NCBI GenBank assembly: GCA_951406725.2
Contig: OX597832.1
Coordinates: 63,178,001 to 63,242,000, forward strand
Direction: 5' to 3'
Source: Octopus vulgaris
Lineage: Eukaryota
Length of the DNA stretch: 64,000 bases
Positions 14,129-27,800 of this stretch are shown piece by piece. The translations under genes and the position numbers were made by a program. The first letter of the stretch is position 1. The number at the start of each line of letters is the position of its first letter. The notes beneath the pieces were generated by a model. It saw nothing but the letters and a program-made list of their open reading frames with translations, ran no database searches and was not told where the DNA came from.

Positions 14129-14133
<5 letters not shown>

Positions 14134-14307
14134 GCAAATATAATTTGCAAATACTTTACAAATACTGACAGGGCACAGAAAGTGTGTCTATGGCCAGCTG
14201 GAGGAGTGTGTCCTCCTGGGGCTAAAAACTACAGTAGCATCCACCCTTAGGAGTTAGCCATATTGAAATGGCAAATATACGTCACGATATATATATATAT
14301 ATATATA

Positions 14308-14581
14308 TTCTTGTTACCACTTTCACCCTCCGCAAAAAATCCCAAATTTTATTTAATTTGCTTTGCGGGAAGGATTGTTTCAAAGAAGTCGCGTATTATC
14401 CTTACCTTCGAAACGTGGAGTAGATAAAACAGGGACAACTGATGAAGGGGAAGATTCTTTATGCTGCATGTCTCGTTTCTCTGATTTTTTCTTTGTTCGA
14501 AGAAAAGTTCGTTTCTATGTTTTTGTTTTCGTTTGTCATTGTGTTCAACGTTTTTTTTTTATGTCCTGCACCAATATATGC

Positions 14582-14612
<31 letters not shown>

Positions 14613-14990
14613 CGTGTACATACCTACATATACATATATTTATATACATGTACATACCTACATATATATATATATATATATACATACATGTACATACCTA
14701 CATATATATATATACATGCATATATTGGTGCAGGACATCAAAAAAAAAGTTGAACACAATGACAAACGAAAACAAAAACATAGAAACGAACTTTTCTTCG
14801 AACAAAGAAAAAAATCAGAGAAACGATACATGCAGCATAAAGAATCTTCCCCTTCATCAGTTGTCCCTGTTTTATCTACTCCACGTTTCGAAGGTAAGGA
14901 TAATACGCGACTTCTTTGAAACAATCCTTCCCGCAAAGCAAATTAAATAAAATTTGGGATTTTTTGCGGAGGGTGAAAGTGGTAACAAGA
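14308..14990. repeat. ~280 bp near-perfect inverted repeat around a (TA)/TACA spacer, part of a larger element extending to ~15370
   Basis: TTCTTGTTACCACTTTCACC...TGCATG (14308-~14585) is the reverse complement of CATGCA...GGTGAAAGTGGTAACAAGAA (~14715-14990). The mirrored ORFs at 14363 and 14658 reflect this. Confidence 0.9.
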
Positions 14991-17900
14991 ACAGGACAAT
15001 GAGAACAAGACAATAAAAACAAGCGGTGAGGGCTGTTAAGCCAAGACGATAGAAAAAATTATTATTATGAACGCTAGGAGGACGAGCTTATGAGAGGAGG
15101 CAGGTATAAGCACGTCTTGTCTTTAGGAAGGAAATGGACAGAAAGATAGATTTCCTTTCGTCACGTATCAACGGCGAGAGAGTCAAGGAGGAAGAGAGAG
15201 AGAGGGAACGGTGAAGAGGAGAGGAGAAGATTAGGGAAGGGTGGGAGAGAAAACCGGAAAGGATGAAGAACAAGAGTGGGAGAGAGATAGACAGAGAAGA
15301 GATAGAAGAGTGCGCATCGTAATTATTAAGATAAAACTTGGAAAAGGATGCGTGGCGTTCGATCATATAAGAATTGTGTTAAAGGTACGCGTGTCTGTGG
15401 AGTACTCAACCACTTGCATGTAAATTTCACGAGTAGGCTGTTCCGTTGATCGGATCAAAGGGAATACTGGTTGCACTCATCACCGTAACCGATGGGTAAC
15501 CAGGCCACCTAGTAAAGAAAGAAAAAAAAAAGCATCAGTCCTAAACGCACTTTGTCTGAATTAAGGAAGAGAAGGTCATGGCCTTAGGTTTGCGCGACCA
15601 GAACTGGCTTAGAATTAAACAACAACAACAACTCTATGTGCGAAGCGTGGTTCTGTATTGAAGTCATTCATGATTTGACTCGAACTTATATTCTGTCGAT
15701 GTGAAGATGGGTCGGCCCGAAGGAGCATTAGCCCATTGCCTGCCATGAGGCCCATTTGGGGATTTACTAAAAACAGTCTCACTGCCGGTTGTTCGTTGTA
15801 TTTAAAGTGAATTACTTATGTATATTGCACTTGTAGAGGTGAGTTTAACAATATTTAGTAGTTAAAGATTGTCATTATTAACTTTGGATAATTCTAGAAG
15901 ACATTTTATGTCATAAATCGCAATTTTTGAACAACAAAAATATAGACTGTTATGAAAACGTTTTTTGGGGGAGGGCGGGATTTTTCTTGCATTTCCCATC
16001 TATATCATTCATTGATATTTCATACACATTCGCATTTGATATTATAGTTTTTAAAAAAAAATAAGATGTTTATTATTGCAATTGAATAGAAAAGGATGTG
16101 CTTTTTCTCAGCGACCCCCGTTTGGGACTTTTAGAAAAATTTATGATTTCCAAAATAATTCACATGTGAAGAAAATTTAAATACTTTGTATTATTTTAAC
16201 TCCTAAAGACACCTAACAAAGCCAAAAAATATGAATAAAAAATTTGGCAGTTAATGCGTTAATTGACGTCATTGCCGGAAGTATGGTTCAAATGAATTCA
16301 AAAACACTATTGTCAGTCACTCATAACTTGTCCCAGCCCGACCCAACAAAGAAAAACTGTCTACTTTACACATTTTTTTTGTTCAGCCCCAGGACTCATA
16401 AGGCCAATTACCCGGTTCCTATAGCGTATAAGTGACTGAGATCATAACATAACCCTGGATGGGGCTCCGGTCCGTTACGAGGTTCAAGGCTAACAGTTTT
16501 GGGGAAAGGGGTCAAGTCGATTAGATTGACTCCAGTACTTGACTGGTACTTTATCTTATTGACCCCGAAGGAAAGAAAGGTAAAAGTGACCTCAGCGGGA
16601 TTTGAACTAAGGACGTAAAGAGCGGGAAGAAATGCCGCTAAGTATTTTGTTCGACGCGCAAACGATTCTAGCAGTTCGCCGCCTTACAATACACAATGAG
16701 AAATCAATATTTGAAAAACGAAACTTGTACAAATCAGAAAGAATACTAGATGTGCAATTCATCCGTAGACTAATCCTGATTGAGATAAATCTTTGGCGAA
16801 CATTCTGTAGTATTTGTATATCTCTGGACTACATTATTCAATATGGCTATCCTATTTTAAGATAATACTTTGTGATTTGAGGGATATTTGGCTGCTATTA
16901 TTAGCAAAGCTAAGAACAAAGCATTAGATTGCTTATCGCTAGCAGCATTAGATTGCATATTGATAGCCTAGTGGGGAGTTTCCAGAAAATGAAATGTAGA
17001 ACAAAGACAAAATCTGCTAAAAAAACAGATGGACCGAACATAGGGTCAACGATTATCCAGCAAAAAGCGATTTGGGATTTTGAAGAGATATTTATAAGGC
17101 CCATATTTGTTTTTTACATTATAAAGTGTTTCCTTTTATATTGAAACATTCTTAATAAGGATACCAGCAAAACAATAAATTTATAGCAAGGTGCAGGAAT
17201 TCTATTTTTAGAAAATTCTAATTAACTTTTTGAGAAAATCAAATTCTTTTTCATCTTAGCGATACAATAATGATTTCCTGTCTGAGAAAAATATCAAAGT
17301 TAAAGAAACATTAATTTCTGTCTGAATATAACAAAACAAACGTCCTCATTGGCTTCCGGGTGCTTATTTTATAACCCAGATAGGGAGAGGCCTGTAAGCT
17401 TATATCAAACACACACTCTCACATCAGAAATTTATATAATAAATGACAATAAACTAACACATTTTCCAAGCATGTAGTGTGCCCTGAAGACCAGTTATTG
17501 TAAGGGGGATAATCATTTCAAGATAAATTTTGGCGGGATTGAAAGTTTGAATTTAAAATGGAAGTAAAGACGAAATTGTACATGATACACATTTAATTTT
17601 TTTTTTCTTACTCATTACAAAAATCTTAAAATTTCTAGTCATAAATAGAATATAATGTACACATATATCCACATGTATTGATAAAACCAGTCACACACAT
17701 GCAAAAATATATAGGTAGATCGATAGGTATGAATAAAATAAACATGAAAAGGATTCAAGAGTCGAAAGTTTTGTACATGGAACGAAACTCTCGGCCTTTG
17801 AGTCGTTTCTGTAACTTTTTGCTAATTACAAGTTTTAAAAAATATGTACGAGAGAAAACCAGTCAGAAAAGAATACTTAATACTGGAAAAAAGTGTTAGA

Positions 17901-18084
17901 ATTTATTGAAGACTGAAATTAAAAAAAAAATCGTTACTCAGTTTTTCGTTTCAGGAAAACGAAAGTCCATAGTAATTCTTCAGGAATAAAGGAGATATCA
18001 GGAAAGGCCATACTATAATATAGATTAGGGGAAAATCCAGCTGTCGTCTATAGTAGTTCATAGTTAGATATACGGACAGTTCGT

Positions 18085-18382
18085 ACTCTGGTACTGCGTC
18101 GATTACAATGACTAGGGTTCCAGTTGATCCGATCGACGGGACAGCCTGTTTCCCGTGGTTAAGCACGCCACAGACGTGCCACACCCTTAACGTAGTTCTC
18201 GGGGAAGTTCAGTGCGACACAGGATGTAACAAGGCTGGTACTTTGAATTACAGGTAGAACTTATTTTTGTCAGTTGAGTGAAGTGGAGCAACGTGAAATA
18301 AAGTGTCTTGCTTAGGGACACGATGCATCACCGGGAATTGAACCCGTGACCTTGCGATCTTGAGCCGACTACCCTAACCACA
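18085..18382 (-). mobile_element. tRNA-derived SINE, third family
   Basis: Minus-strand head GTGGTTAGGGTAGTCGGCTCAAGATCGC...GGGTTCAATTCCCGG...GCAAGACACTTTATTTCACGTTGCTCC. Relatives at ~15380-15500, 37000-37610, 39525-39700 and 45165-45570. Confidence 0.7.
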
Positions 18383-18449
18383 AAGCCACACGTCTTCACA
18401 ACATTCATACTCTAATCTCACGATGTCTAAGTATGAATTCTCCAGGAGC

Positions 18450-18775
18450 GGCATGGTTCTGGGTTCAGTGTCACTGCGTGGCACCTTGGGCAAGCCTTGT
18501 GAGTGGATTTGGCAGACGGAAACTGAAAGAGAGCCCGTCGTGTGTGTGTGTGTGTATATATATATATGTACGTACGTGTGTATATGTTTGTGTGTCTGTA
18601 TTTGTCCCCCATACACCATCACTTGACAACCGATGCTTGTGTGTTTACGTCCCCGTAACTTAGCGGCCCAGCAAAATAGACCAATAGAATAAGTCCTGGG
18701 GTAGATTTGCTCTACTAAATGCGGTGCCTCAGCATGGCCGCAGTCAATGACTGAAACAAGTAAAAGAATAAAAGA
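18450..18775 (+). mobile_element. SINE family A (5' truncated)
   Basis: Matches the family body and tail. Confidence 0.8.
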
Positions 18776-19554
18776 ATATCTACCTATTTTTCAAGAACTG
18801 TTCTGATCTTTTATTTTCTTGTTTTCCTATTGAATTATCTTTATTCTCTCTTTAGTATAACTATTTTATAAAGTATAAGATACTATTAACAACTCCCTAT
18901 CCATTCCCTTCAACTTTCCTTAGCTCGACTGCTCCATTGGTTATAACTATCTTTAGTTTGCCTCGATTCCGTTTCCCTTCGTTTGACGTTAGGTTTTAAG
19001 TATTTCATCCGGTGTTATCACTAACCTGTCTGTATCTTTTATACGCTTTTCAAGTTATCCTTATCCATTATAAAATTAAATATACATACATTTGTAACAA
19101 ACATTACTTGGAGGCTTCATATCACGTGACTCAAACCAGTTTGTTTACGTGTCTGTTTGGGTATTCTGGGAAATAGTTAGTCTTGATTAAAAATGCATCA
19201 CCAGAAATATATATCTCATACGAAGGGCTATTAAATCTCATGTCTATAGGGTTGAATATATCTCAAAACTTCAACAATACAGCAAAGAAATTGTTCTGAC
19301 AATTGTTAATGTTTGTATAATTGTTATATACCTGTATAATTGAATAGATCTTAAAACTTTAAAATTATTAACAATGAAATGTTTCTAGGTCTACAAAAGA
19401 ATTGCAAAATGTTATCAAACAAAACACAGAACAATACGCTTCATAATATACCTTTTCTTTAAGTTTCAAAACTGATATTCATCTACGTGACTGACAAATT
19501 ATCTATAATAATACAATGCCTGCCAAAGATTAAATTTTTTTCTCTTCTTTGCTT

Positions 19555-19759
19555 ACTCTTTTACTTGTTTCAGTCATGTGACTGTGGCCATGCTGAAGAA
19601 CCGCCTTTAGTCGAGCAAATCGACCCTAGAACTTATTCTTAGTACTTATTCTATTTGTCTCTTTTGCCCAACCGCTAAGTTACGGAGACGTAATCACACC
19701 AGCATCGGTTGTCAAGCGATGTTGGGGGTACAAACACAGACACACAAACACACGCACAT

Positions 19760-19825
<66 letters not shown>

Positions 19826-19986
19826 GACGGGTTTCTTACAGTTTCCGTCTCCCAAATCTACTCAGAAGGCTTTGGTTGGCCCGTGGCTACAGTAGAAGAC
19901 ACTTGCCCAAGATTCCACGCAGTGGGACTGAACCCGGAACCATGTGGTTGGTAAGCAAGCTACTTACCACACAGCCACTCCTACGC
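19555..19986 (-). mobile_element. SINE family A
   Basis: Full-length reverse-complement copy. Further + copies at ~20690-20995, ~21778-22262 and ~26755-26920. Confidence 0.85.
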
Positions 19987-20616
19987 ATGTCTATTTCCAA
20001 TTTAGGATTTTGGTGTAGTCAACTCATTCCGATCTTTTTTGTTTAGTATTGTTTTATTTTATCCAGAGTTGTCAGCCCTGAGTGTTTTAGATAGATTTAA
20101 ACATTCGTTCAATTTGTTAACCTTTGCCCAGCTCAAATAGATTCTTCATGAAGCTGATACCGATGGGATATTGATATCGAACGCATAAAATAAAAGAAGC
20201 TAAATACCACGAGGCATGTGACCGTCACTCTTTGAATTCTGACATCTATTATTATCATTATTATTATTATTAAGGTGGTGAGCTGGCTGAATCGGTAGCA
20301 CGCCCGGAAAAATGCTTTTTACGTTCGGTGTTCAAATTCCACCGAGATCGACTTTCCCTTTCAGCATTCCGTGGTCGATAAATTAAGTGCTAGTGAAACA
20401 CTGGGGGGCGATGTAATCGACTACTCACTCACTCACAATTTCAGGCCTTTTGCGTTTAGTAGAAAGGATTATTATTATTATTATTATGATTATTATTATT
20501 ATTATTATTATTATATAAGATATTAACTGTTGTTGCTCTTTAGCTCCAGCCCATCCTTGATCGAACACATGCTATATCTATATAAGGCGTCCTGATCTAG
20601 ATCATCTCTCCGCTTA

Positions 20617-20690
<74 letters not shown>

Positions 20691-21902
20691 CGCAGGAGTG
20701 TCTGTGTGGTAAGAAGCTTGCTTCCCAACAACATGGTTCCGGGTTCAGCCCACTGCGTGGAACTTTGGGCAAGTGTCATCTACTGTTGCCGCGGGCCGAC
20801 CAAACCAAAGCTGTGTGAGTGAATTTGGTGAACGGAAACTGAAAGAAACTCATTGTACATGTATATTTGTGTGTCTGTTTGTCTCCCCTCTCACCATCAT
20901 TTGACAACCGATGTTGGTGTGTTTACGCCCCCGCCCCTCGTAATCTAATGTTTTGGCATATGTGTCCAATATAAGTACTAGGCTTACAAAGAATAATAGT
21001 GACGCATAATTTAGGAGCGGGGAATAGTAGTCTTAATAAATCAAGAATTTATGTTGTATGGTATTTGACAGATTTGTATTATGTCTCTCGTCTGAACATC
21101 GCCGGTTGTCTGAGTGGGTGTGACTCAGTAGCGAAAGTGAGAGGAGAATACGGATGTCTTTTATTGGAGGCGGTGGTATCGTAGTGGTGGTGGTGGCGGT
21201 GGTGAACGTCTGGCATGAAGTTCAGAGGGAATTGAAACCCGTTGTACTAGTGAGGGATGGGGAGAGTGGGGAGAGGAGCGTCAGCGGTTGTGGTATGTTT
21301 GTAATTCGATGTTTTATGTTGACCTCAAGGAGAGAGGAGATGAAAGAGGAAAGAAGAGAACATTGGAGGAGAGGGGGAGAAAGAATAAAAGGAGGATGGG
21401 AAGAAAGGGGGGGATAAGGGTGTGTGGAAGAAATGAATGAGAAGGAAGTTGTTGTTGTTGAATCTGATGGAGCAGATCCATTATCAAATACATTCCAGTC
21501 ATGACCATCCTGACTTTATTTTAGATATAACATACTTTAGACGGAGAGGTGTGGGCGGAACTTCACAATGCGACCTATTTTAAAAACTGGAAGTGGGGAA
21601 TTTTATAGAGATTTAGTTGCAGTTTCTAGCAAGTCGTAAGGACCAAAAAGAAGAAAATGGAGGAACCGTTTTAATATCAGATTTGAAAAGCAAGAAAGTG
21701 AAAATGTGGGGAGGCACATCTGGGCTGGGAATGAATCTTTCAAATTAATCTTTTAAGCGCAGACGTGGCCATAGACACAGGCATAGCTGTGTGGTAAGTA
21801 GCTTGCTTTCCATCCACATGGTTCCGGGTTCAGTCCCACTGTGTGGCACCTAGGGCGTTTTGTACTGTAGCCGCGGGCCGACCAGAGCCTTGTGAGTGGA
21901 TT

Positions 21903-21946
<44 letters not shown>

Positions 21947-22260
21947 TAATCCAAACAAGAAAGCACAAAAAAACCCAACAACGCGAGGACGTGGAACAAA
22001 TATAGTATTATTGGACGCTCAGGAAAGACATATATATATATACACACACACATACATACATGTGTGTGTCTGTATCTGTACACACTACCGCTTGATAACA
22101 GGTGCTGGTTTGTTTACATCCTCCTAACTTAGCGGTTCGGCAAAACAACCCGATAGAATAAGTACCAAGCTCTTAAAAAATGTACTTGGGTCGATTCGTT
22201 CGAATATATCCCTTCAAGGTGGTACCCCAACAGGGCCGCCGCTTAATGACTAAAATAATT

Positions 22261-22357
<97 letters not shown>

Positions 22358-22446
22358 TAATACAAAACTAACAAACACAAAAATCAACGCGATGACGTGG
22401 TACATGTAAAGTATTAGCAGACGCTCAGGAAAGGAAAGAAAAGTGA

Positions 22447-22478
22447 TTTTACATTTCGAGCAAACGCTCCTCTTCAGG
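22447..22478 (-). ncRNA. Hammerhead-like core, same family as 12177
   Basis: Minus strand reads CTGAAGA G GAGC-GTTT-GCTC GAAA TGTA AAA. Confidence 0.48.
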
Positions 22479-22507
22479 AAAGTCCAAGATATATATATAT
22501 ATATATA

Positions 22508-22755
22508 AAGAAGAAAAACATAATTATGAACACGTCACAATTATAACTAAGAGGGTTAAAAAGCCCTTACATGTTAAAAATATCAACCAAAACCACTATA
22601 AAGCCATTATATCACTCATATTATTTCTCCTCACTATAAAAACTGTGATTTAATGACTTTAAAGCGGTTTTGGCTATTTTTAACATGTAAGGGTTTTTTC
22701 TAACCCTCTTAGTTATAATAGTGACTTGTTCATAATTATATACGTTTTTCTTCTT
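22508..22755. repeat. ~110 bp imperfect inverted repeat in (TA)n
   Basis: AAGAAGAAAAACATAATTATGAAC...ATCAC versus GTGAT...GTTCATAATTAT...GTTTTTCTTCTT. Confidence 0.8.
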
Positions 22756-23513
22756 GATATTTTATGGTAATATGTATGGCCATTGATATATTCATAATCT
22801 TAATTATTTATGTATCCTCTGTAATGTTTTTACATTTTACTCGACTTTATATGTATATATATGTGTGTGTGTGTGTGGTGTGTGTGTGCGTGTGTGTGTG
22901 TGAGGGCGAGATCATAAAGATATGATTCTGTCTTCTCAGTTCGTTTCGCTTCTTTTATTTTATATTTTCTACCCACACTATTTTAGAATTTTCTCACAAA
23001 AGAATAAAACATTCGCAACACTGCAATTGTATAATGACAATGAGTTTCATAATAAAGTATAACAACATTTTATTTTTCTCTTGAGTACTTCCTCCTTCTC
23101 CCGTTCATCTTTGTCCAAAGTTATGAAAGAAATACTGGCCCAGCCATTGTTTATTAAACTGTAAGGATTAACTATCGACTTGGGAACTCGTTATTTAAAA
23201 AAATCTCACCATTTGTTGTCCTTGAACTAAAAGCATTTAAACATTTCACTATCATACCATACGTCTGACTACGTAAGTACAACGATGGCCTAATGGTGTA
23301 GAAGTTCGCTTTGCAAGCGTGAATTTCTTGGTTCGAACTCATTTCGCTGTGTCGTTTGGGACAAGTGTCAATGTCACAAACTGAGCCTTGTAAGTGAATT
23401 CTGGTAGACGGTAACTGTGTTGAAGCTTGCCACATAAATTATACCTGTATTACAGAGATTCGAACACTGTATATATATATATATATATAATCGAATATTC
23501 CAAGTGTTAATAT

Positions 23514-23938
23514 GGATCTTTTCCTTTTGAACGGCAGTTTTCAACACAATTTCTAGTTAATTAAACACTAAATTAATTTAACAATTAAGAAAAAAAACGA
23601 AAGCAAAAACTCAAAACAAAAACAAAACGAATAATTTTTGACACACGCGTAACAATTAAGAAGAAAAAAAACGAAAGGCTAAAATTTAGGGTTAGGGTTA
23701 GTGACAGGATGTTGTCTCAGTTTTAGACGCAGCAAATGATTTTAGCTCAATAGAGGCCATAGGATTGGTTAAAATTCGAAAAATTAAACTACGTTAAACT
23801 TACAGATTACAATTTTCTCAAGAAAGCCAAGAGAAAAAAAATGTTTTATTTTATCACATTCTACCAGTATACGAAGTTTAAAAGTGTTTAGTTAACTAGA
23901 AATTGTGTTGAAAAGTGCCGTTCAAAAGGAAAAGATCC
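23514..23938. mobile_element. Same fold-back family, left arm partly deleted
   Basis: GGATCTTTTCCTTTTGAACGGCAG...TGCCGTTCAAAAGGAAAAGATCC. Flanks GTTAATAT / GTTAACCT match at 6 of 8 positions. Confidence 0.85.
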
Positions 23939-25424
23939 GTTAACCTGGGCCTCCTAACGACAATGTAAACTTCATTTAATCAAGATACCCTTCTCCTGAA
24001 GGGTAGCCTGCACCATACACCTCGCTTGGATATTTACCACTTCTGTGATTCCGCTCGCTATGAAACATATGTGGCTCGGATCTTATCTACTCCATTCCAT
24101 AACTCTTGAAATTTTATTTGCATTCCCGGAAACCCTGGCTGCCAACCGTGAAATATAAAAGAACCGTTTTTCAGCTTATCGTACTCCGATACGGAAATAA
24201 AAATCCACAACCTTCCGCCTGAATAAACCACTATTGCTCTCCCTGAAAGTTGTTCATATATATATATGTATCTCTTATCTCTTATGATAATCTCTTATGA
24301 TAATCTTATGATAAAAGGCAGATTTTCTCTGCCTGTTCCCATGTTTCTTTTTAATACAATTCTACAATATAGAATTTCTTCAATTGGAATTTACCTATGA
24401 TTTTTCGAAGTAGATTCGATTGGGTCATGGCATATCAAGTTTTTTTCAATTTGACCCCCAATTAAGCAAAAATTCGAGAAAACTCAATATTTTACGATTT
24501 GCCTCTCTCATTTCAAGTGCTTCACTCCTTCCATTACCACCACACTTTCTCCTACTTTCTCTTTGAAAGTGTGAAACTGTTAAAGTGAAAGTATTATATA
24601 ACAGGGATGAGCCATTAATAGTGGTCGTCCTTTTTGCTAGAGGAAGATCCGCTAATGTCTTATATGCTACACCACTGGTTTTCAATTCATATTAATCAAA
24701 TTAATATTCAATTTTTAACCCTTATAATGTGTGTGTGTGTGCATTAGCAATTCGTATAAAATTGCATCAATGACTTGAACTTGAATAAGTGAGTTCACAT
24801 AAATGGGGATAAATTAAAAAGGTTTGTTGTTATTATTAGTACTGTTTGACTATTGTAATCACGTTTGTTGGTTCCGCGTCAGGGAAACGTTGTTGTGTTG
24901 CATTTGTTAAATAATTGTAAACCGTAACCCTCCCCCTTTCGGAGAAGGGGCTTTGGTTATTGTTTAAAAATTGAATTGTGTCCCTGTTTGGGAAAATTGA
25001 CAATATTTTCACCGTCTTTACGGGAGCATTTTTGTTAAAATGCCTTCGATAGAAGAAAGTCCAAAAATGAATTTCGCTGCAGCCGTACACTTCTATACAA
25101 GAGGGAGGACAAGATCCAATTGATCGAAATTGCAAGAGACGGGCCTACAATTCCAGTCTGTTATATATTTTGAGTATTGTTATCACTAGCGATATCAAGA
25201 TATAACTTTGTATTTTATATTTTATGTGTAGATGTATATATATAGATGTACATGTAATATGTACACATATATATACGCATATATACATGCATAATATATC
25301 TACCCATACACACATACGCACACACACACATACATAGGGGCAGGTGTGGCTGTGTGGTAACAAACTACGTTCCAAACACATGATCCTGGGTTCATGTACA
25401 TATATACATACATACATCCACACA

Positions 25425-25493
<69 letters not shown>

Positions 25494-25509
25494 TAATGTG
25501 TGTGTGTTA

Positions 25510-25880
25510 TCTCTCTCTATATAAAGCTGAAGTTGTCTGTGTGCGCCAGGTTTGGTAACCTTCAACTAACACTATCTCCTCCGAGACCCTGCGGCGCAAG
25601 TTGACCAAAATTGAGAGTATGATAGAAGAAGGGTTGCTCTTCCTTCCGTAGAAGATAAAATTCAAATTGGACCAAGTTAACACCAAAAATTATTTACATC
25701 AAAAATTCCTATTTTTTTACGATTTTTTCATTACTGTGTCGCCACTTTTCGGTGTGTTTCAACCAGAAAAATGTTCACTTGAAGAGAATAACAAGCTACA
25801 TAATGCAAAATTTTTACTTTTCAAAAATTCCAATTCCAGCGGGTCGAAACAAACCCGAGCAACGCCGGGCGATACTGCTA

Positions 25881-25881
<1 letters not shown>
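25510..25881 (+). mobile_element. Non-autonomous Helitron
   Basis: A|TC...CTATATAAAG 5' end; subterminal hairpin CCCG-AGCAACGC-CGGG at 25854-25869; CTAG|T 3' end; no TSD. Confidence 0.8.
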
Positions 25882-25946
<65 letters not shown>

Positions 25947-26020
25947 CGGATTGCTTGAAGCTCACTTTCTCCCAACACCTCGATCCTTGATTCTTACATT
26001 TATGCACACACACACATACG

Positions 26021-26090
<70 letters not shown>

Positions 26091-26939
26091 GACAGACAGA
26101 TGGAAATGAATGCGTGGCGTTCGATCATATAATAATATAAAAAATATATAAATATATGCTTATATACATACATATATGTACATACCTACATATATATGCA
26201 TATATACATGCATATATGGGTATAGGACATCAAACAACGTGAACAAAACGAGAAACGAGGACATAAAAAAACACAAAAACAGAAAACGAAAGCGATGGAG
26301 AACGAGGAAGAAGAGACACTACAGACAGAGAGGGGGGCGGGGCGGGGCGGGGGAATGAGTAAGACTTTTGGACGTGCGTGGTACAAAGACGTGTTGCTTT
26401 GCTGGACGTTGTTTTTGCATTAGTAATGAGGTAAATGTTTGCCTAGGACGGCCTCTCGGTGACTTTAGGTAACTTCCTCTACTCTTCGTAGGCTGTCTCT
26501 CGCCTTTCTTGTACCTGTTCGGAAGCAGCTCTCGAGTGTAATACACACGTGTGCGTGTGCACATGCATGTGCAAACAATGATTTTGTATTTTCTGAGCTT
26601 CGTGCTTCGACATCATTGAAGTGCATATAACACCGCTGATGGGGAAGTAGATGGTTTTAAACGATTGTCTGTCGAACTAAACCATACAATCACATACACA
26701 GACACGTTTATGTGTGCGTGGGTGTAATGTAATATGGTGTAATGCAATATGTATAGGCGCAGGCGTGGCTGTGTGGAAAGATGTTTGCTTCCCTAACCAC
26801 ATGGTTCCGGGTTCAGTCTCACTGCGTGGCACCTTAGGCAAGTGTCTTCTATTATAACATAGGGCTGGCCAAAGCCCTGTGAGTGGATTTAGTAGACGGA
26901 AACTAAAAGAAGCTTGTCGTGTGTTTGTTCGTGTGTGTA

Positions 26940-27006
<67 letters not shown>

Positions 27007-27055
27007 AAACAAGTCAAAAATAGAAAATGCTAAAATAATTTTATAGTGAACATTT

Positions 27056-27093
27056 CAGTACCGGTTTCGGTCATTTTGAGACCTTTTCAACTG
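27056..27093 (-). ncRNA. Inverted second copy of the U3-A8 hammerhead-like motif
   Basis: Exact reverse complement of 27421-27458, in the left arm of an inverted repeat. Confidence 0.68.
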
Positions 27094-27420
27094 TAACGAT
27101 TAAATAATTAAATTTAGAAAAATTAGAAGAAAAGTTTTTTTAAAAGAATATTTCTATAGTAGTGTTCAGATTTAAGTGGCATTCTGCCTTTCTCTGACTC
27201 CCTTGTTTGCACTTGTGTGTCGGAGGTCGTTGTGAGTTCTTGGAAGGGTAGTAGAGGAAGAAGGCTGGTGGGGAAAGGGGGATGGGAGAATCTGGGAGTG
27301 CCCTGATGGTCGTATTTTGAATGGTCAGTGGCGGCTGGCAGTCTCAGTTCACTACTATAGAAATATTCTTTTAAAAAAACTTTTCTTCTAATTTTTCTAA
27401 ATTTAATTATTTAATCGTTA

Positions 27421-27458
27421 CAGTTGAAAAGGTCTCAAAATGACCGAAACCGGTACTG
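27421..27458 (+). ncRNA. Minimal type I hammerhead-like motif, U3-A8 core variant with palindromic stem III
   Basis: CAG TTGAAAA GGTC-TCAAAAT-GACC GAAA CCGG TA CTG. UUGANAA is the compensatory C3U/G8A core; the ACCGGT palindrome is typical of Penelope-associated dimeric hammerheads. Confidence 0.7.
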
Positions 27459-27545
27459 AAATGTTCACTATAAAATTATTTTAGCATTTTCTATTTTTGA
27501 CTTGTTTTTTCATATATATCAACTCGTGTGTTCCTTTTCACCCTT

Positions 27546-27607
<62 letters not shown>

Positions 27608-27652
27608 AATGAATTGCGTGCCAATTCTGTAAATAATAATATTTTATAAGCA

Positions 27653-27800
27653 ATCACTGTATATTGGCAAAAGAAAATAGTTCAATATTGAGGCATATAA
27701 GCCCTCGATTAGTGCTATGTGTACTGAAAACCCACATTTTTCGGTCGAGGGCTTACATGCCCCAATATTAGACTATTTCCTTTAGTCAGTACACGGTGAT
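27653..27800. repeat. Hairpin element / small MITE with ~55 bp arms
   Basis: ATCACTGTATATTGGC...AAGCCCTCGA versus TCGAGGGCTT...AGTACACGGTGAT. Confidence 0.7.

Larger units (their letters stand above)
26995..27519. repeat. ~170 bp inverted repeat with a ~185 bp spacer in (TA)n, Penelope pLTR-like
   Basis: Arms ~26995-27164 and 27350-27519 are reverse complements, and each carries the hammerhead-like motif. Confidence 0.88.

Noticed and set aside
14402-14455. GAAACG...CTGATGA as a type II hammerhead
   Set aside because: No stem I hairpin forms between the putative cleavage site and CTGATGA, and the stem II register is wrong. Kept only as a remark in a finding.
14363-14950. 195-aa ORF and its mirror ORF on the minus strand
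   Set aside because: An artefact of the inverted repeat plus TA microsatellite; no recognisable domain.
16929-17144. ORF with IIQQK as the missing CH1 exon
   Set aside because: Lacks the TFTxWxN motif and compatible splice sites.
23685-23702. Interstitial telomere
   Set aside because: Only 2-3 TTAGGG units, internal to the fold-back transposon.
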